Shown here: positions 17,354 to 26,907 of the stretch, piece after piece | Numbering within the stretch: position 1 is the first letter of the stretch | How the letters are laid out: every line of letters begins with the position of its first letter | DNA from: a virus | Taxonomy: Duplodnaviria > Caudoviricetes | Direction: 5' to 3' (one strand) | Length of the DNA: 37,840 bases | IMG/VR virus record: IMGVR_UViG_3300023105_001410 | Span: 1 to 37,840 of that record | Position numbers and translations under genes: made by a program | Notes under the pieces: generated by a model | The model's input: the letters and a program-made list of their open reading frames with translations, nothing else | What the model was told of the DNA's origin: nothing | Database searches by the model: none

Positions 17354-18083
17354 GTACTGTCCTTTCAAAGTCTTCTAGTCGTAACATATTAGGTCCGTCA
17401 CTTGGTGCATTGTCTGGGTCAGCATGTACTTCTAGAAAGAAATTCCTAATCCCCAAAGCACTAGCTGCACGAGCAAGGCCAGGAACGTAATCCCTATTCC
17501 CGCCGCTACTATCTCCTGCGCCGCCTGGCTTTTGTACTGAGTGCGTGGCGTCCAGTACAATAGGACAATCAAAGTTATCAAGCATATAGTTAAGGCCGGT
17601 GAAATCAACAACCAAAGTATTATATCCAAAACTAGTACCCCTTTCTGTAATCCAAACTTCTTTTGCACCTTTAGTTTTACTTAGTATACCTTTGACATCC
17701 CAGGGTGCAAGGAACTGTCCTTTCTTAATATTTACAATACAGTCTGTTGCACAGGCTGCTTCAATTAAATCTGTTTGTCTACAAAGGAATGCAGGAATTT
17801 GCAGCACATCTACAATATGTGTAAGGTATTGTATTTGATCAACTTCGTGTACATCTGTAAGTGTCTTTACATCTAACTCGTCTTTCAATGCAAGTATGTC
17901 GTGTACAAACGGGTGTAGTCCTACACCTCGTTTGCCGTTTACGCTTGTACGATTAGCTTTGTCAAAACTTGCTTTAAAATAATATTCAATGCCGTATTTG
18001 TCACATACACGTTTACACTCACGAGCAATCTCTGCACTCTGTGCTAGTGTTTCGTGTTGGCAAGGTCCTGCAATAATTCTCAT
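17322..18083 (-). CDS. kdsA: Kdo-8-phosphate synthase
   Basis: IAGPC, KASFDKANRTS, QIPAFLCRQTDL, KKGQF, ERG, DATHSVQ, SDGP. Confidence 0.96.
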   Translation of the reverse strand: MRIIAGPCQHETLAQSAEIARECKRVCDKYGIEYYFKASFDKANRTSVNGKRGVGLHPFVHDILALKDELDVKTLTDVHEVDQIQYLTHIVDVLQIPAFLCRQTDLIEAACATDCIVNIKKGQFLAPWDVKGILSKTKGAKEVWITERGTSFGYNTLVVDFTGLNYMLDNFDCPIVLDATHSVQKPGGAGDSSGGNRDYVPGLARAASALGIRNFFLEVHADPDNAPSDGPNMLRLEDFERTVREIISYSYTG

Positions 18084-18343
18084 TTGCTATCCTTTATTAA
18101 CCAGTATGTTGTTACTAGTTTATCCATTAGCTTTTTAAGTGTTTCATTTTCTTCACACAAATCACACAACTCTTGCCAATCGCCGTAGTGTAACAATTTT
18201 CCTTGAGCACGTGATACTCCGCCTGGATCACCTCCAACTATCCAGCGAGGAAGTTTATTGTGCGGAGGATCGCGATAACGAGCATAGACAACACCGTCTG
18301 CTCTCTCGTATATTAGAGCTTCATTTGGTATTAGATTTCCCAA
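18080..18343 (-). CDS. Hypothetical protein (probable TTG start near 18343)
   Basis: LIYERADGVVYARY; fills the gap between the cupin gene and kdsA; start uncertain. Confidence 0.6.
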   Translation of the reverse strand: MGNLIPNEALIYERADGVVYARYRDPPHNKLPRWIVGGDPGGVSRAQGKLLHYGDWQELCDLCEENETLKKLMDKLVTTYWLIKDSK

Positions 18344-18683
18344 CTTGTGTTCCACTTGTTCTACGTACAATGTCGTCGTGATTAAATTCTGCCCAGTATA
18401 GCTCAAATGCAACACCGTCTTCTAATCCTTCAAACTGATGAATTTTACCAGGCTTGACTTGTGTAAAGTCTCCTGCTTCTAAAATAGTTTCGTCAACTAG
18501 TCCTTGATCGTCTTGCCAAACACGAACAATCATTTTACCAGACTCTACAAAGAATCCATTCCATTTAAATCTATGTTCGTGTTCTGAGCATTTGTATCCT
18601 GCTTTGTATTCAATACGGTGAAATTCCAATACACCGTTAGCATGTATAAGTTCAGTTTGTCCCCAAATTTTTCCTGCTTTCAT
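18321..18683 (-). CDS. Cupin-domain protein (sugar isomerase-like)
   Basis: KIWG, CSEHEH...F.VESG, PGKIHQF; AAGGAG SD. Confidence 0.75.
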   Translation of the reverse strand: MKAGKIWGQTELIHANGVLEFHRIEYKAGYKCSEHEHRFKWNGFFVESGKMIVRVWQDDQGLVDETILEAGDFTQVKPGKIHQFEGLEDGVAFELYWAEFNHDDIVRRTSGTQVGKSNTK

Positions 18684-18692
18684 ATTTACTCC

Positions 18693-18941
18693 TTATAATT
18701 TAAATGCAATTACTAATAGGATAGCGACCAATAATATATTTGTAAACAAAATTTCAATTGCAAGAATTGTATGATACCATATCCATCTAGTTTTATACGC
18801 ATTCTCAATTGTTACCTCTGCAGGGTCAACATCATCCTTCATTACATCTACAACTTTTGGCTTTTCATCTACAGCAGGTAGTTCAACTTCTAATCCAAGA
18901 TCTTTAGATTTGATCCTAAATATTTTGTTAAGCCATTCCAT
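18693..18941 (-). CDS. Small membrane protein
   Basis: C-terminal hydrophobic helix. Confidence 0.65.
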   Translation of the reverse strand: MEWLNKIFRIKSKDLGLEVELPAVDEKPKVVDVMKDDVDPAEVTIENAYKTRWIWYHTILAIEILFTNILLVAILLVIAFKL

Positions 18942-18944
18942 AGT

Positions 18945-19550
18945 CTATTCCTTAATAATATAATCTTTAAATATTTCTACTGCTTCGTCCCAATAAATAT
19001 ATCCAGGTCCGTTAGGAACTCCTGGTACAAAACAAAGTGTCCATCTTCCTTTGTGTGGAGGACTATACGTATCATGTAATTGTCCTACATTTACTAAACT
19101 AGGACGATTTGTGTTTGCTTCATATACTAATGTGCAATCGTCTCTATTAGCAAGAACATTTGTATGTTCTCTTTCGCTAAATTCGTCTGCAACATCATTA
19201 TCTAAGTCATGTAACATTTTTTTTGCGGTTTCAATATCAGTAACGACTTGAGACTTTTTTGATTTCCACCATCGTATTTTTCCTTCTTCAGGACCGTAAG
19301 TAATGTTTATCTTTACGTGATCGTCTAAAGTTACATCATCTGCATGTACAGGTAAACTTGCACCTGCAGGTGTCCAAAATACCTCAGAATGATTACAATA
19401 CAACCCTAAACTTTCAAGCCATGAATCTATTTGTGGATCTCTATAAGGATTGATATCTAGATGCTTCATGTCAGTTGGTTCTGTATCACAAAGCGGGTGT
19501 TTTGTAATTTCAAAAGGTAAATCTAAATATCTATGATATCTATTATCCAT
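18945..19550 (-). CDS. Double-stranded beta-helix (2OG-oxygenase/cupin-like) protein
   Basis: PVHAD, KIN, PSLVNVGQLH, RWTL. Confidence 0.55.
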   Translation of the reverse strand: MDNRYHRYLDLPFEITKHPLCDTEPTDMKHLDINPYRDPQIDSWLESLGLYCNHSEVFWTPAGASLPVHADDVTLDDHVKINITYGPEEGKIRWWKSKKSQVVTDIETAKKMLHDLDNDVADEFSEREHTNVLANRDDCTLVYEANTNRPSLVNVGQLHDTYSPPHKGRWTLCFVPGVPNGPGYIYWDEAVEIFKDYIIKE

Positions 19551-20056
19551 TAAAGCAACTTTGAATTATCTATTACTTCACATTGCCTACTTATGTCTTT
19601 TACAAAGTAAGCACACTGAGGTTTATCTCCGTCAGTGATTGGCACTGTTAAAAGTTGTCCGTTTTTCATTTTAGGAAAATACCATTTTACATCCGTGTAA
19701 AAATTTGTTATATTCAATGTTCCAAACTCCATTTTATAACCAGATAAAGGATTAAAAAGAAATGCTTCAAATCCTCTATCGTTGATACTTGTTAACGGTA
19801 GGATTTCTAAATCTGTTCCTGCTTCAGAATCTCCTACTGCAATGTGCCAGTCAACTGGCATTGTAATTTCGTGTCCGTTAATTTCTAGCACCATTGCTGG
19901 AGAACTAAAAGATTCTAAGAAAATTAAAGGCACAAAAAAGAAATCAGGTTCTTTAGGATCTGAGTTATCTAAAACTGCAAATCTTATATCATCTTCAATT
20001 TGTTCTGGCAAGTCATCTAGCTGAAATGACTTGTCGTCTAATGTTAATATTCTCAT
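19550..20056 (-). CDS. Hypothetical protein downstream of uvsW
   Basis: ORF coupled to the uvsW stop (TAATG); no motif recognised. Confidence 0.7.
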   Translation of the reverse strand: MRILTLDDKSFQLDDLPEQIEDDIRFAVLDNSDPKEPDFFFVPLIFLESFSSPAMVLEINGHEITMPVDWHIAVGDSEAGTDLEILPLTSINDRGFEAFLFNPLSGYKMEFGTLNITNFYTDVKWYFPKMKNGQLLTVPITDGDKPQCAYFVKDISRQCEVIDNSKLL

Positions 20057-21519
20057 TAATTCCAATCCACTTTTTCTATTGTGAATGGGTACTGCGCCTC
20101 CTTGTAAAATTTCTTACGTTGAGTAAGGTGCCGCTTCGCAAACTTACAAGTGCTTGTAAGATCCCATATTTGAACGAAGTCTTTGTCCTTTGCCTTTCTT
20201 ACGCCTCTACCAATTGATTGGATTACTCTAACAAAACTTTTGCCTGGTTCTATAAGAACAAGATTAAAAATACGAGGGATATTAATGCCGACGGCAGCAA
20301 CGCCATACGTAGCAATGACCACGTGATTTGTTCCTTCGTTAATTTCATCGTATGCTTCCTTTCTGTCTTTTAATTTTACATCGCCTTTTACAAATGTAGA
20401 GCCTGGAATAAGTTCTTGTAACATTTCACCTGCACTAATACGATCTACAAGTATAAGTGTATTGCCTGACTCTTTAACTGTGTTTAGTAGTTTGCCTATA
20501 TATTCTATTCTTTCTGGGTTTGTAACTAGATACTTGAGTTCTGATTGATAGTCTCTGTGTACTTGGGTATCAACTAGTTGAACAATATTCACATGACACT
20601 GCGATAGTACACCTTTGTCTTGCAATTCTTTTGCACTAATTTGTCCAATTACGGGGCCAAGTGAAGCATGTATCGACTCGAACTCAAACTTCTCTTTAGG
20701 TACTGTACCTGTCAAACCCCAACGTATTGGAGCATTTTTTAAGTTGCGTGTAAGTAAATTCTTTAGTACTTCTGCCTTTGCTTGATGCACTTCGTCTACG
20801 ATAATAGTGCTTACACCATCTAAAAACTCTGCAAGAGATAATACTGCTTCTCCGTCTTTGTGCTTCTTATCTAATATGTTTAAACTTTGCCAAGTACAGA
20901 TTGTGTGAGTCTTGCCTAGTTCTTTTCTATCACCAAAATATACGCCAACGTCTAGTCCACAATTAATATAGTCTTCTTCAGTCTGTGTAACAAGTGATTT
21001 GTTAGGCACAATAACTATACTACGACCATATGGCTCACTGATGTGTGACAGTGTTGCAGTTGTAATTGTTTTACCTGCACCTGTTGCAATCTCTTGCAAG
21101 CTCTGTGGGTTTTGTAGAAAGTTGTTTATTGCTGTGACTTGATAGTCACGCAGAATAATTTCTTCACCTTCTGCTGGATGTCCTTTAGGCCATACAACGC
21201 CCTGGTCTGCCCAATATCGTTCGTCTATAGTAGGAAAATTAAACTGTACAGGATGTCTACGATCATCAATATCAACTATTTGAACATTATTTTTTTGTAG
21301 AACCGAAACAATAGTATCAAGATGATTAACGTAGCCTGTGCCGCCGATGCCAAAAAAAGCAACTTTACCGTCCCAACGTCCTAATTTATACTGGGGCATG
21401 TACCTTGCATAAGGCACTTCAAACTTAAGAGCACTGGCTAGTTTTCGTCGTACATCTACCTCTAGTCCTTCTAGCTTGATGTTTACTTCATCTTCAATTA
21501 TTAATCTACAACTAGCCAT
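20056..21519 (-). CDS. uvsW: SF2 DNA helicase UvsW
   Basis: WDGK, LRDYQ, ATGAGKT, DEVH, GLTGT, QSIGRGVR. Confidence 0.92.
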   Translation of the reverse strand: MASCRLIIEDEVNIKLEGLEVDVRRKLASALKFEVPYARYMPQYKLGRWDGKVAFFGIGGTGYVNHLDTIVSVLQKNNVQIVDIDDRRHPVQFNFPTIDERYWADQGVVWPKGHPAEGEEIILRDYQVTAINNFLQNPQSLQEIATGAGKTITTATLSHISEPYGRSIVIVPNKSLVTQTEEDYINCGLDVGVYFGDRKELGKTHTICTWQSLNILDKKHKDGEAVLSLAEFLDGVSTIIVDEVHQAKAEVLKNLLTRNLKNAPIRWGLTGTVPKEKFEFESIHASLGPVIGQISAKELQDKGVLSQCHVNIVQLVDTQVHRDYQSELKYLVTNPERIEYIGKLLNTVKESGNTLILVDRISAGEMLQELIPGSTFVKGDVKLKDRKEAYDEINEGTNHVVIATYGVAAVGINIPRIFNLVLIEPGKSFVRVIQSIGRGVRKAKDKDFVQIWDLTSTCKFAKRHLTQRKKFYKEAQYPFTIEKVDWN

Positions 21520-22743
21520 TTAAATTCCATAACGTCTTATATACGAGCTAGATCTATTTGCAAACGGACTAAGACTTTCTTCATAAGTTATAAACAAATC
21601 TGCGTTAAAACTTACATAAGCTTCTATTTCTCTAGAACTAAAACTATCAAAACATATTGCTGTAATAGGATTCCACCCCGAACTCAAGAGTACTTTTGGC
21701 ACTTTCTTAGCATTAATATACACTATTTTTGTATTGTTGTCAACCCAATTGTTTAAAGATTTATCTTTTACATAAACATTGAAATCATCATAACCTGTTT
21801 TTCTAAACATGACTGCTTGCTGTGAGCTAGGAATTACGTCTCTAAATATTTTGTATACACTATCTAATTGACTTAATGCTTGATTTTCATTTAATAAAAC
21901 TACAAGTGGAAATCTATCTAAGGTATGTAATGCCATAAGAACTTCTTGCAAATTGTGCTTGCTTGGTTTAATATGAACTGATGTACTATTTCTATATGCA
22001 ATTTTTTCAACAATACTTACACATTCTTTTTTATCTACTTGATATCCATACCTCAAACTTCTGTCAGCAACTTTAGTAAAATTATCCTTTGATATTTCTC
22101 CAATTTCTTTCTTTAAAAAATGTATAGCATTGGCATTTAGATTACAAATATTTTCTCCATCAAAATAAGGAATATAATTTGTTTTGTTTTCTTTAATTTT
22201 TTGAATATCGTTGTATCTGTCTAACAACTCTTGATCAATTTCAAATCCTTTATCTATAAACTTTCCTAATATTAGATCTGTGTTTAAATCAGTCAAAGCA
22301 TAAAAGTGTTCATGTGAACCTTTTTTATGATAATAATTTTCTGCACTAGCAATGTCATTTACTAAGATTATCAAAGATTTTTTAAACGGAAATCTTACTT
22401 TAATCCATTGCTGATCATTATCAATTCCAGCCAATGGAATTTCATCTTCAGACGGATTACAAATTTTTATATACTTACTACGATCAATTTCTCTTAAAGG
22501 CTGTCGCAGTTGCTCAATTACAAAATCAAAATCGCAGTCTATATTAATAAATTGATCTTTGTATACAGTGAGTTTTTGCTTCATAAGAGCAAATTGACGG
22601 TCTGTGAGAGCTGTGCCTTTAAACACTTGCCTAGCAATGCTATGCATAATTGTTATATCACTAGACTCTATTTGTATTTTAGGTCCTAACTGTAGACCTG
22701 CAACAAGTTCTAAACAATCTTCGATAGTAGTAATATTTGTCAT
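21520..22743 (-). CDS. Hypothetical protein (407 aa)
   Basis: Long ORF with its own sigma70 promoter, abutting uvsW. Confidence 0.75.
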   Translation of the reverse strand: MTNITTIEDCLELVAGLQLGPKIQIESSDITIMHSIARQVFKGTALTDRQFALMKQKLTVYKDQFINIDCDFDFVIEQLRQPLREIDRSKYIKICNPSEDEIPLAGIDNDQQWIKVRFPFKKSLIILVNDIASAENYYHKKGSHEHFYALTDLNTDLILGKFIDKGFEIDQELLDRYNDIQKIKENKTNYIPYFDGENICNLNANAIHFLKKEIGEISKDNFTKVADRSLRYGYQVDKKECVSIVEKIAYRNSTSVHIKPSKHNLQEVLMALHTLDRFPLVVLLNENQALSQLDSVYKIFRDVIPSSQQAVMFRKTGYDDFNVYVKDKSLNNWVDNNTKIVYINAKKVPKVLLSSGWNPITAICFDSFSSREIEAYVSFNADLFITYEESLSPFANRSSSYIRRYGI

Positions 22744-22749
22744 ACATTA

Positions 22750-22778
22750 AGTATAACTTAAAAAATCATATTTGTCAA
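22750..22778 (-). promoter_or_regulatory. Sigma70 promoter, leaderless
   Basis: TTGACA-17-TATACT-6 nt-ATG(22743). Confidence 0.82.
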
Positions 22779-23636
22779 TCGTTTAAGTGGAACACCGTTT
22801 TTAATTTCTTCTATAGTATATTCTGTCCAAGCATAGTCGTTGAGCCATTGTGTTCTATCTGGCATTAGAGGCTGTTCTATAGTATGTAAAAAATCAATAT
22901 CATTGCCTGCAGGGTAAGCAAGACTGTGAGTACTAACAAAAGCAGGCACTCCGTTAATGATACTGTGTATGCCCGGGTTACTTGAGTAACTGATAGTAGC
23001 CCAAACATTATTAAAGCCCATATCAAAGTCGTCGTAAGTATTAGTAACATGTCGAGGTTCCTGTCTTTCTACATAACGCAACCCACGTTCTATATGTTCA
23101 AGTCTACAGCGTGGATGCGGTCTGAATATTATAGGACGGTCTGTGTGTTTGCGTATTTCGTCGTATGTGTTTAAAAACCAATTGCTCATACGTGGCATGT
23201 TTTGCCATTGCAAACTTTTATCGTGTTGACCACATATAAGAATATACTCGCCGTCCGTACGCCAAGGTTTTACTTCAAGTCCAAGTAAACGGACACGGCT
23301 ATCGCTATTATTATCAATCCCCCAATAAGCATCTCTATTGATTCCATTCAATCCTACCTTCCATGTAGTACCTCTCTGTATGCCACCTACTTCCAGTACA
23401 ATTACAGGTCTGTTATTGTTTCTATTTACTTCCCATACTTGCTGATTGGAGGACATTCGTCCATTCCATAAAACACTCCATATTACAGCCACATCGTAAT
23501 TATTGTAATGATTCATTACTCTATACGGTTCGTTATAAATTACAGTATGTCCTGCATCAATAAGGCTGTGTGCAAATGCTTCAAATACAGGCTTACTATT
23601 CAATGCACCGTAATCTGTATATAAACAAAAAATCAT
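22758..23636 (-). CDS. Capsule-synthesis (KpsS/KpsC-like) GT-B glycosyltransferase
   Basis: VLEVG, ILICGQHD, FRPHP, SYSSNPGIHSIINGVP. Confidence 0.6.
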   Translation of the reverse strand: MIFCLYTDYGALNSKPVFEAFAHSLIDAGHTVIYNEPYRVMNHYNNYDVAVIWSVLWNGRMSSNQQVWEVNRNNNRPVIVLEVGGIQRGTTWKVGLNGINRDAYWGIDNNSDSRVRLLGLEVKPWRTDGEYILICGQHDKSLQWQNMPRMSNWFLNTYDEIRKHTDRPIIFRPHPRCRLEHIERGLRYVERQEPRHVTNTYDDFDMGFNNVWATISYSSNPGIHSIINGVPAFVSTHSLAYPAGNDIDFLHTIEQPLMPDRTQWLNDYAWTEYTIEEIKNGVPLKRLTNMIF

Positions 23637-24499
23637 TTTACTGTTTGCCAGTAAGGTTCAGTTCTATTGCCCATTAGATCTTTACGTTTTGATTTGCCGT
23701 CAAATTTTCTGGCGCCTTTCATATGGTCGATCCATTTACCTAATTCACTGTTTATCAAGGGATGTCCGCCGCCGCCAGTTTTTGCAGTTTTATTGTATAT
23801 GTTAGCACTATAATCTAGTGCCTTGTCTTTGAAGTCTGCAAAATTTTTGTTTAATAATTCGCCAAACACATAACTGTCGTGCCATTCTTCTAGTGTAAAG
23901 ATACCGTTGTCTGCATCTTCATACATACGTTCAAACGCTTCTACAAAACTACAACCTACTGGATGATTCATGTTAATACCATAAAATCCGCATTCTGGCC
24001 ATGTTTGAGATCCTTTGCCGCGACCTACATATGTTAGCCAATTGTTATAAGGCAGTAGTTCTTCAAACTGTTTAAGACTCCACGGACTATGTACATATGT
24101 GTCTGCATCCATCCAAACGATCCATCTACCTGTGCCATAATTTTTTGCACAAGCATCAAACACTGCATATACTTTATTTGCAAAACGTATCGCATGCCAT
24201 TTAAATTCTTTGTGCCAATCTCTTGGACGTTTAGCTTTTATATTATCTGGCGGGATACCATTTGCCTTTGGATCATCTTTCCAACGTTCTTTAAATGCAT
24301 TTAGTTTAGGTAATTCTTGCTTTGCATCAAGTATAGTAATTTGGTTAGGGTCAGGGTTAACTGGCGTACAGTCCTCTGCGTAAACGACTAATTTGATACG
24401 TTTAGCAACGTTTTGTGCAAAGCTATCTATAAAACGTTGTCCATATACTTCCATTCCTTCTGGATGGAAAGTTGTTACTACTATTATTTCTTGGCCCAT
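23633..24499 (-). CDS. GT-A fold glycosyltransferase
   Basis: RFANKVYA, WMDAD (DxD), ECGF, EWHDSYVF, DHMKG; start taken at MGQEII. Confidence 0.7.
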   Translation of the reverse strand: MGQEIIVVTTFHPEGMEVYGQRFIDSFAQNVAKRIKLVVYAEDCTPVNPDPNQITILDAKQELPKLNAFKERWKDDPKANGIPPDNIKAKRPRDWHKEFKWHAIRFANKVYAVFDACAKNYGTGRWIVWMDADTYVHSPWSLKQFEELLPYNNWLTYVGRGKGSQTWPECGFYGINMNHPVGCSFVEAFERMYEDADNGIFTLEEWHDSYVFGELLNKNFADFKDKALDYSANIYNKTAKTGGGGHPLINSELGKWIDHMKGARKFDGKSKRKDLMGNRTEPYWQTVK

Positions 24500-25416
24500 T
24501 GTCTTAGGTGCCTCCATGCTGTTCCGTCTTTAAGTTCGTCTAATGTCCAGTGCATCTGAGCCATTTTTCTAATCCACGATTCTCTATCAAATTCTCTTGG
24601 ATTTTCTAATTCGCTTAGACTATGATGTGATACGTCTGCTGCTTGACTACGATCAGGATCTAAAACAAATGTAGGAATTCCTTCTATTGCTGCTACAACA
24701 GCCGGACTACTGTTGTAATTAATAACTGCATAAGCATTCTTTAGATCTTTTAATAAACCATCCGAATTACTAGGTGCTACGCCAGGTAATCTATATCGTT
24801 GCAGAGCTCTTATATGCTGAATTCGGTTTTTATCACCAGGATGAAATCTAACTAATATCATACGATCGGAAAACTTTCTAATTATATTAATTGTTCTTAC
24901 AAGCCATGGCATAACTGGCTGGCCATCCATACTCCAACCACCGTCACGCTGACAGCAAATTAAAATATACTTGCCATGATATCTTGGTACTTGTAGTTCT
25001 ATTCCTATGTCTCTTTTTATTTGTTCCCATCTCGAAGGATCAGGCAAATCATTACAATACTCGCCTGTATTAGGAAATACGCCGTCATAGCTGTACCTTA
25101 AATATTTTTTTGTATTATCTGGATCATAAGATAAAAATAAATTACTATCGACAATGATGCTTCTTTTGCCTTCGATTTGTTGTTTATCAAAAACTCTTTT
25201 ACGCAAATCTAAATGCGGCATCTTTTTACTGCCAGGGTGCACAAATCCTTGTACTACAGCAACATCTGCATCAACAGGATTGTAATCTGTGACAATTGTT
25301 CCTTCGTCGCCGCTCTTCCATACACCTTCTATGAAGTTAACTATAATTGCAGGTTTTTCAGGATTTTTATTTCCTGGAGGTATACCCATTAGATAGCTTG
25401 CAACCTTTGTACCCAT
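24484..25416 (-). CDS. KpsS/KpsC-like GT-B glycosyltransferase
   Basis: ILICCQRD, VRFHP, NYNSSPAVVAAIEGIP. Confidence 0.6.
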   Translation of the reverse strand: MGTKVASYLMGIPPGNKNPEKPAIIVNFIEGVWKSGDEGTIVTDYNPVDADVAVVQGFVHPGSKKMPHLDLRKRVFDKQQIEGKRSIIVDSNLFLSYDPDNTKKYLRYSYDGVFPNTGEYCNDLPDPSRWEQIKRDIGIELQVPRYHGKYILICCQRDGGWSMDGQPVMPWLVRTINIIRKFSDRMILVRFHPGDKNRIQHIRALQRYRLPGVAPSNSDGLLKDLKNAYAVINYNSSPAVVAAIEGIPTFVLDPDRSQAADVSHHSLSELENPREFDRESWIRKMAQMHWTLDELKDGTAWRHLRQWAKK

Positions 25417-26240
25417 TATCTACGCTCCGTTAATATCTTCCAAGCAGTACCGTCCTCCATCTCGGCTTGCGTAAATTGTGCATAAGACAGGTGCTTCATG
25501 AAGGCATACATTTGCTTTTCACTAGGTATACGTGGATTTTCTATATTTTCCAGTTTTGTTTCGCATACAAGTTGAGCTGCATTTGGACCTAGCGTAATAG
25601 CAGGCTTGCCTTCCATCAATGCTTCGGTAGCAGCAATACTATTGTATGTTACTAAACAGTGTATGTCATCTGCTAGTGCGTCTTGTATTGTCTTTGTGCT
25701 GATACGTTCACTTCTAATAGGCTTCATTCTGATTACAACGGGTCTATTGGTTATTTTTCTTATTTGTGCAACACATTTTTTAGTCCATTCTTCGGCAGTG
25801 CCTTGATTAAACATATTCATTACTTTGTCACTCGGAGGACATACTAGAATTTTTTCGCCTGGCGTAAAAGGTTTGTATATATTTTCCCAATCCCCTAACT
25901 GTAACTTTAACCTATCATCTGGTCTATCTATAATAGACTCCATATTTTGTAGCGCATTATATGTTATACGATGCCATCTTTTGTGTTTGTCATTACCAAA
26001 ATATCCTGTATCGATTGCATAGAAAGGCCTCCCTGTACTCCAACAACGTTTTATAGCTTTTTGACTACCGCCGCCTAGGCCACGTACAATAAGGATACTA
26101 TCAGTATCCTCTTCAGCTTCCCAAGTAGATTCCTTTCCATCTACTCCTATCATAAAACTGCGCAAATACGGATCGTATTCGTGCCCTTTCTTATGATAAT
26201 TGTTTCCGCCTTTACTGTCTATAGCTGCTACTTTACCCAT
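25416..26240 (-). CDS. KpsS/KpsC-like GT-B glycosyltransferase
   Basis: IDTGYF, ILVCPPSD, IRMKP, TYNSIAATEALMEGKP. Confidence 0.6.
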   Translation of the reverse strand: MGKVAAIDSKGGNNYHKKGHEYDPYLRSFMIGVDGKESTWEAEEDTDSILIVRGLGGGSQKAIKRCWSTGRPFYAIDTGYFGNDKHKRWHRITYNALQNMESIIDRPDDRLKLQLGDWENIYKPFTPGEKILVCPPSDKVMNMFNQGTAEEWTKKCVAQIRKITNRPVVIRMKPIRSERISTKTIQDALADDIHCLVTYNSIAATEALMEGKPAITLGPNAAQLVCETKLENIENPRIPSEKQMYAFMKHLSYAQFTQAEMEDGTAWKILTERR

Positions 26241-26907
26241 TCATCATGTCCGCAAGTTCTTGTTTCCATAGATCACTGAATTCACAGTTTCTATAGTTTT
26301 CAAACCACGGTCCTCCTTCTGTATAATGTATTAGTTTTGGTGTTTCTATATCGTCATAAACACCAACAAGATAATTCCAAGTGTGATCCAATTCTCCAAT
26401 TTCTTCATCTTTTAACCAACTAAATCTGTGTAGATATGCTCCGTTTATTTCTGGATCATTAACTAAGTCTTGTGTTAATGCAGCATTGCTTGGATGACCA
26501 CAGTTAAACAACATTACACTTGACCAGTTTTTACGTGGATAGATAGTTTGCTTTTGTCCATCCATCTTTGTGCCTTCTTTAGGTGTATAATCATGTTGCA
26601 CACACATCACTGCATACTTTGGATCTGCTTGATCAAACAGTTCTTTGATGTCTGTTGTAAGGATCATATCGCAATCCATAAACAATGCCCAACCTTTAAA
26701 GTTGGTAAGCTCTGGTATTAGAAAACGTGTGAATGTAAACTCTGTACTTGCAAGTTTATCTATTGGTCTAGTATACCATCCTGCATCACGTAATTCCTGT
26801 TGTTTTAGGGGACGTACATCGGCTAGTTTACTCTTAGTTTCAATACTGTGTTTACAAACTTGGTAAGCAATATCTTCTCTAGTGTCATATCCTACAAATA
26901 CTTTCAT
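26233..26907 (-). CDS. GT-A glycosyltransferase (GT8-like)
   Basis: VFVGYD.RE, STEFTFTRFL.P, FMDCDM, YPRKNWSS, HYTEGGPW. Confidence 0.85.
   Translation of the reverse strand: MKVFVGYDTREDIAYQVCKHSIETKSKLADVRPLKQQELRDAGWYTRPIDKLASTEFTFTRFLIPELTNFKGWALFMDCDMILTTDIKELFDQADPKYAVMCVQHDYTPKEGTKMDGQKQTIYPRKNWSSVMLFNCGHPSNAALTQDLVNDPEINGAYLHRFSWLKDEEIGELDHTWNYLVGVYDDIETPKLIHYTEGGPWFENYRNCEFSDLWKQELADMMNG

Noticed and set aside
18683-18688. TAAATA at the cupin gene start as a late promoter
   Set aside because: It overlaps the ATG and lies downstream of a good AAGGAG SD, so it is better explained as an SD spacer
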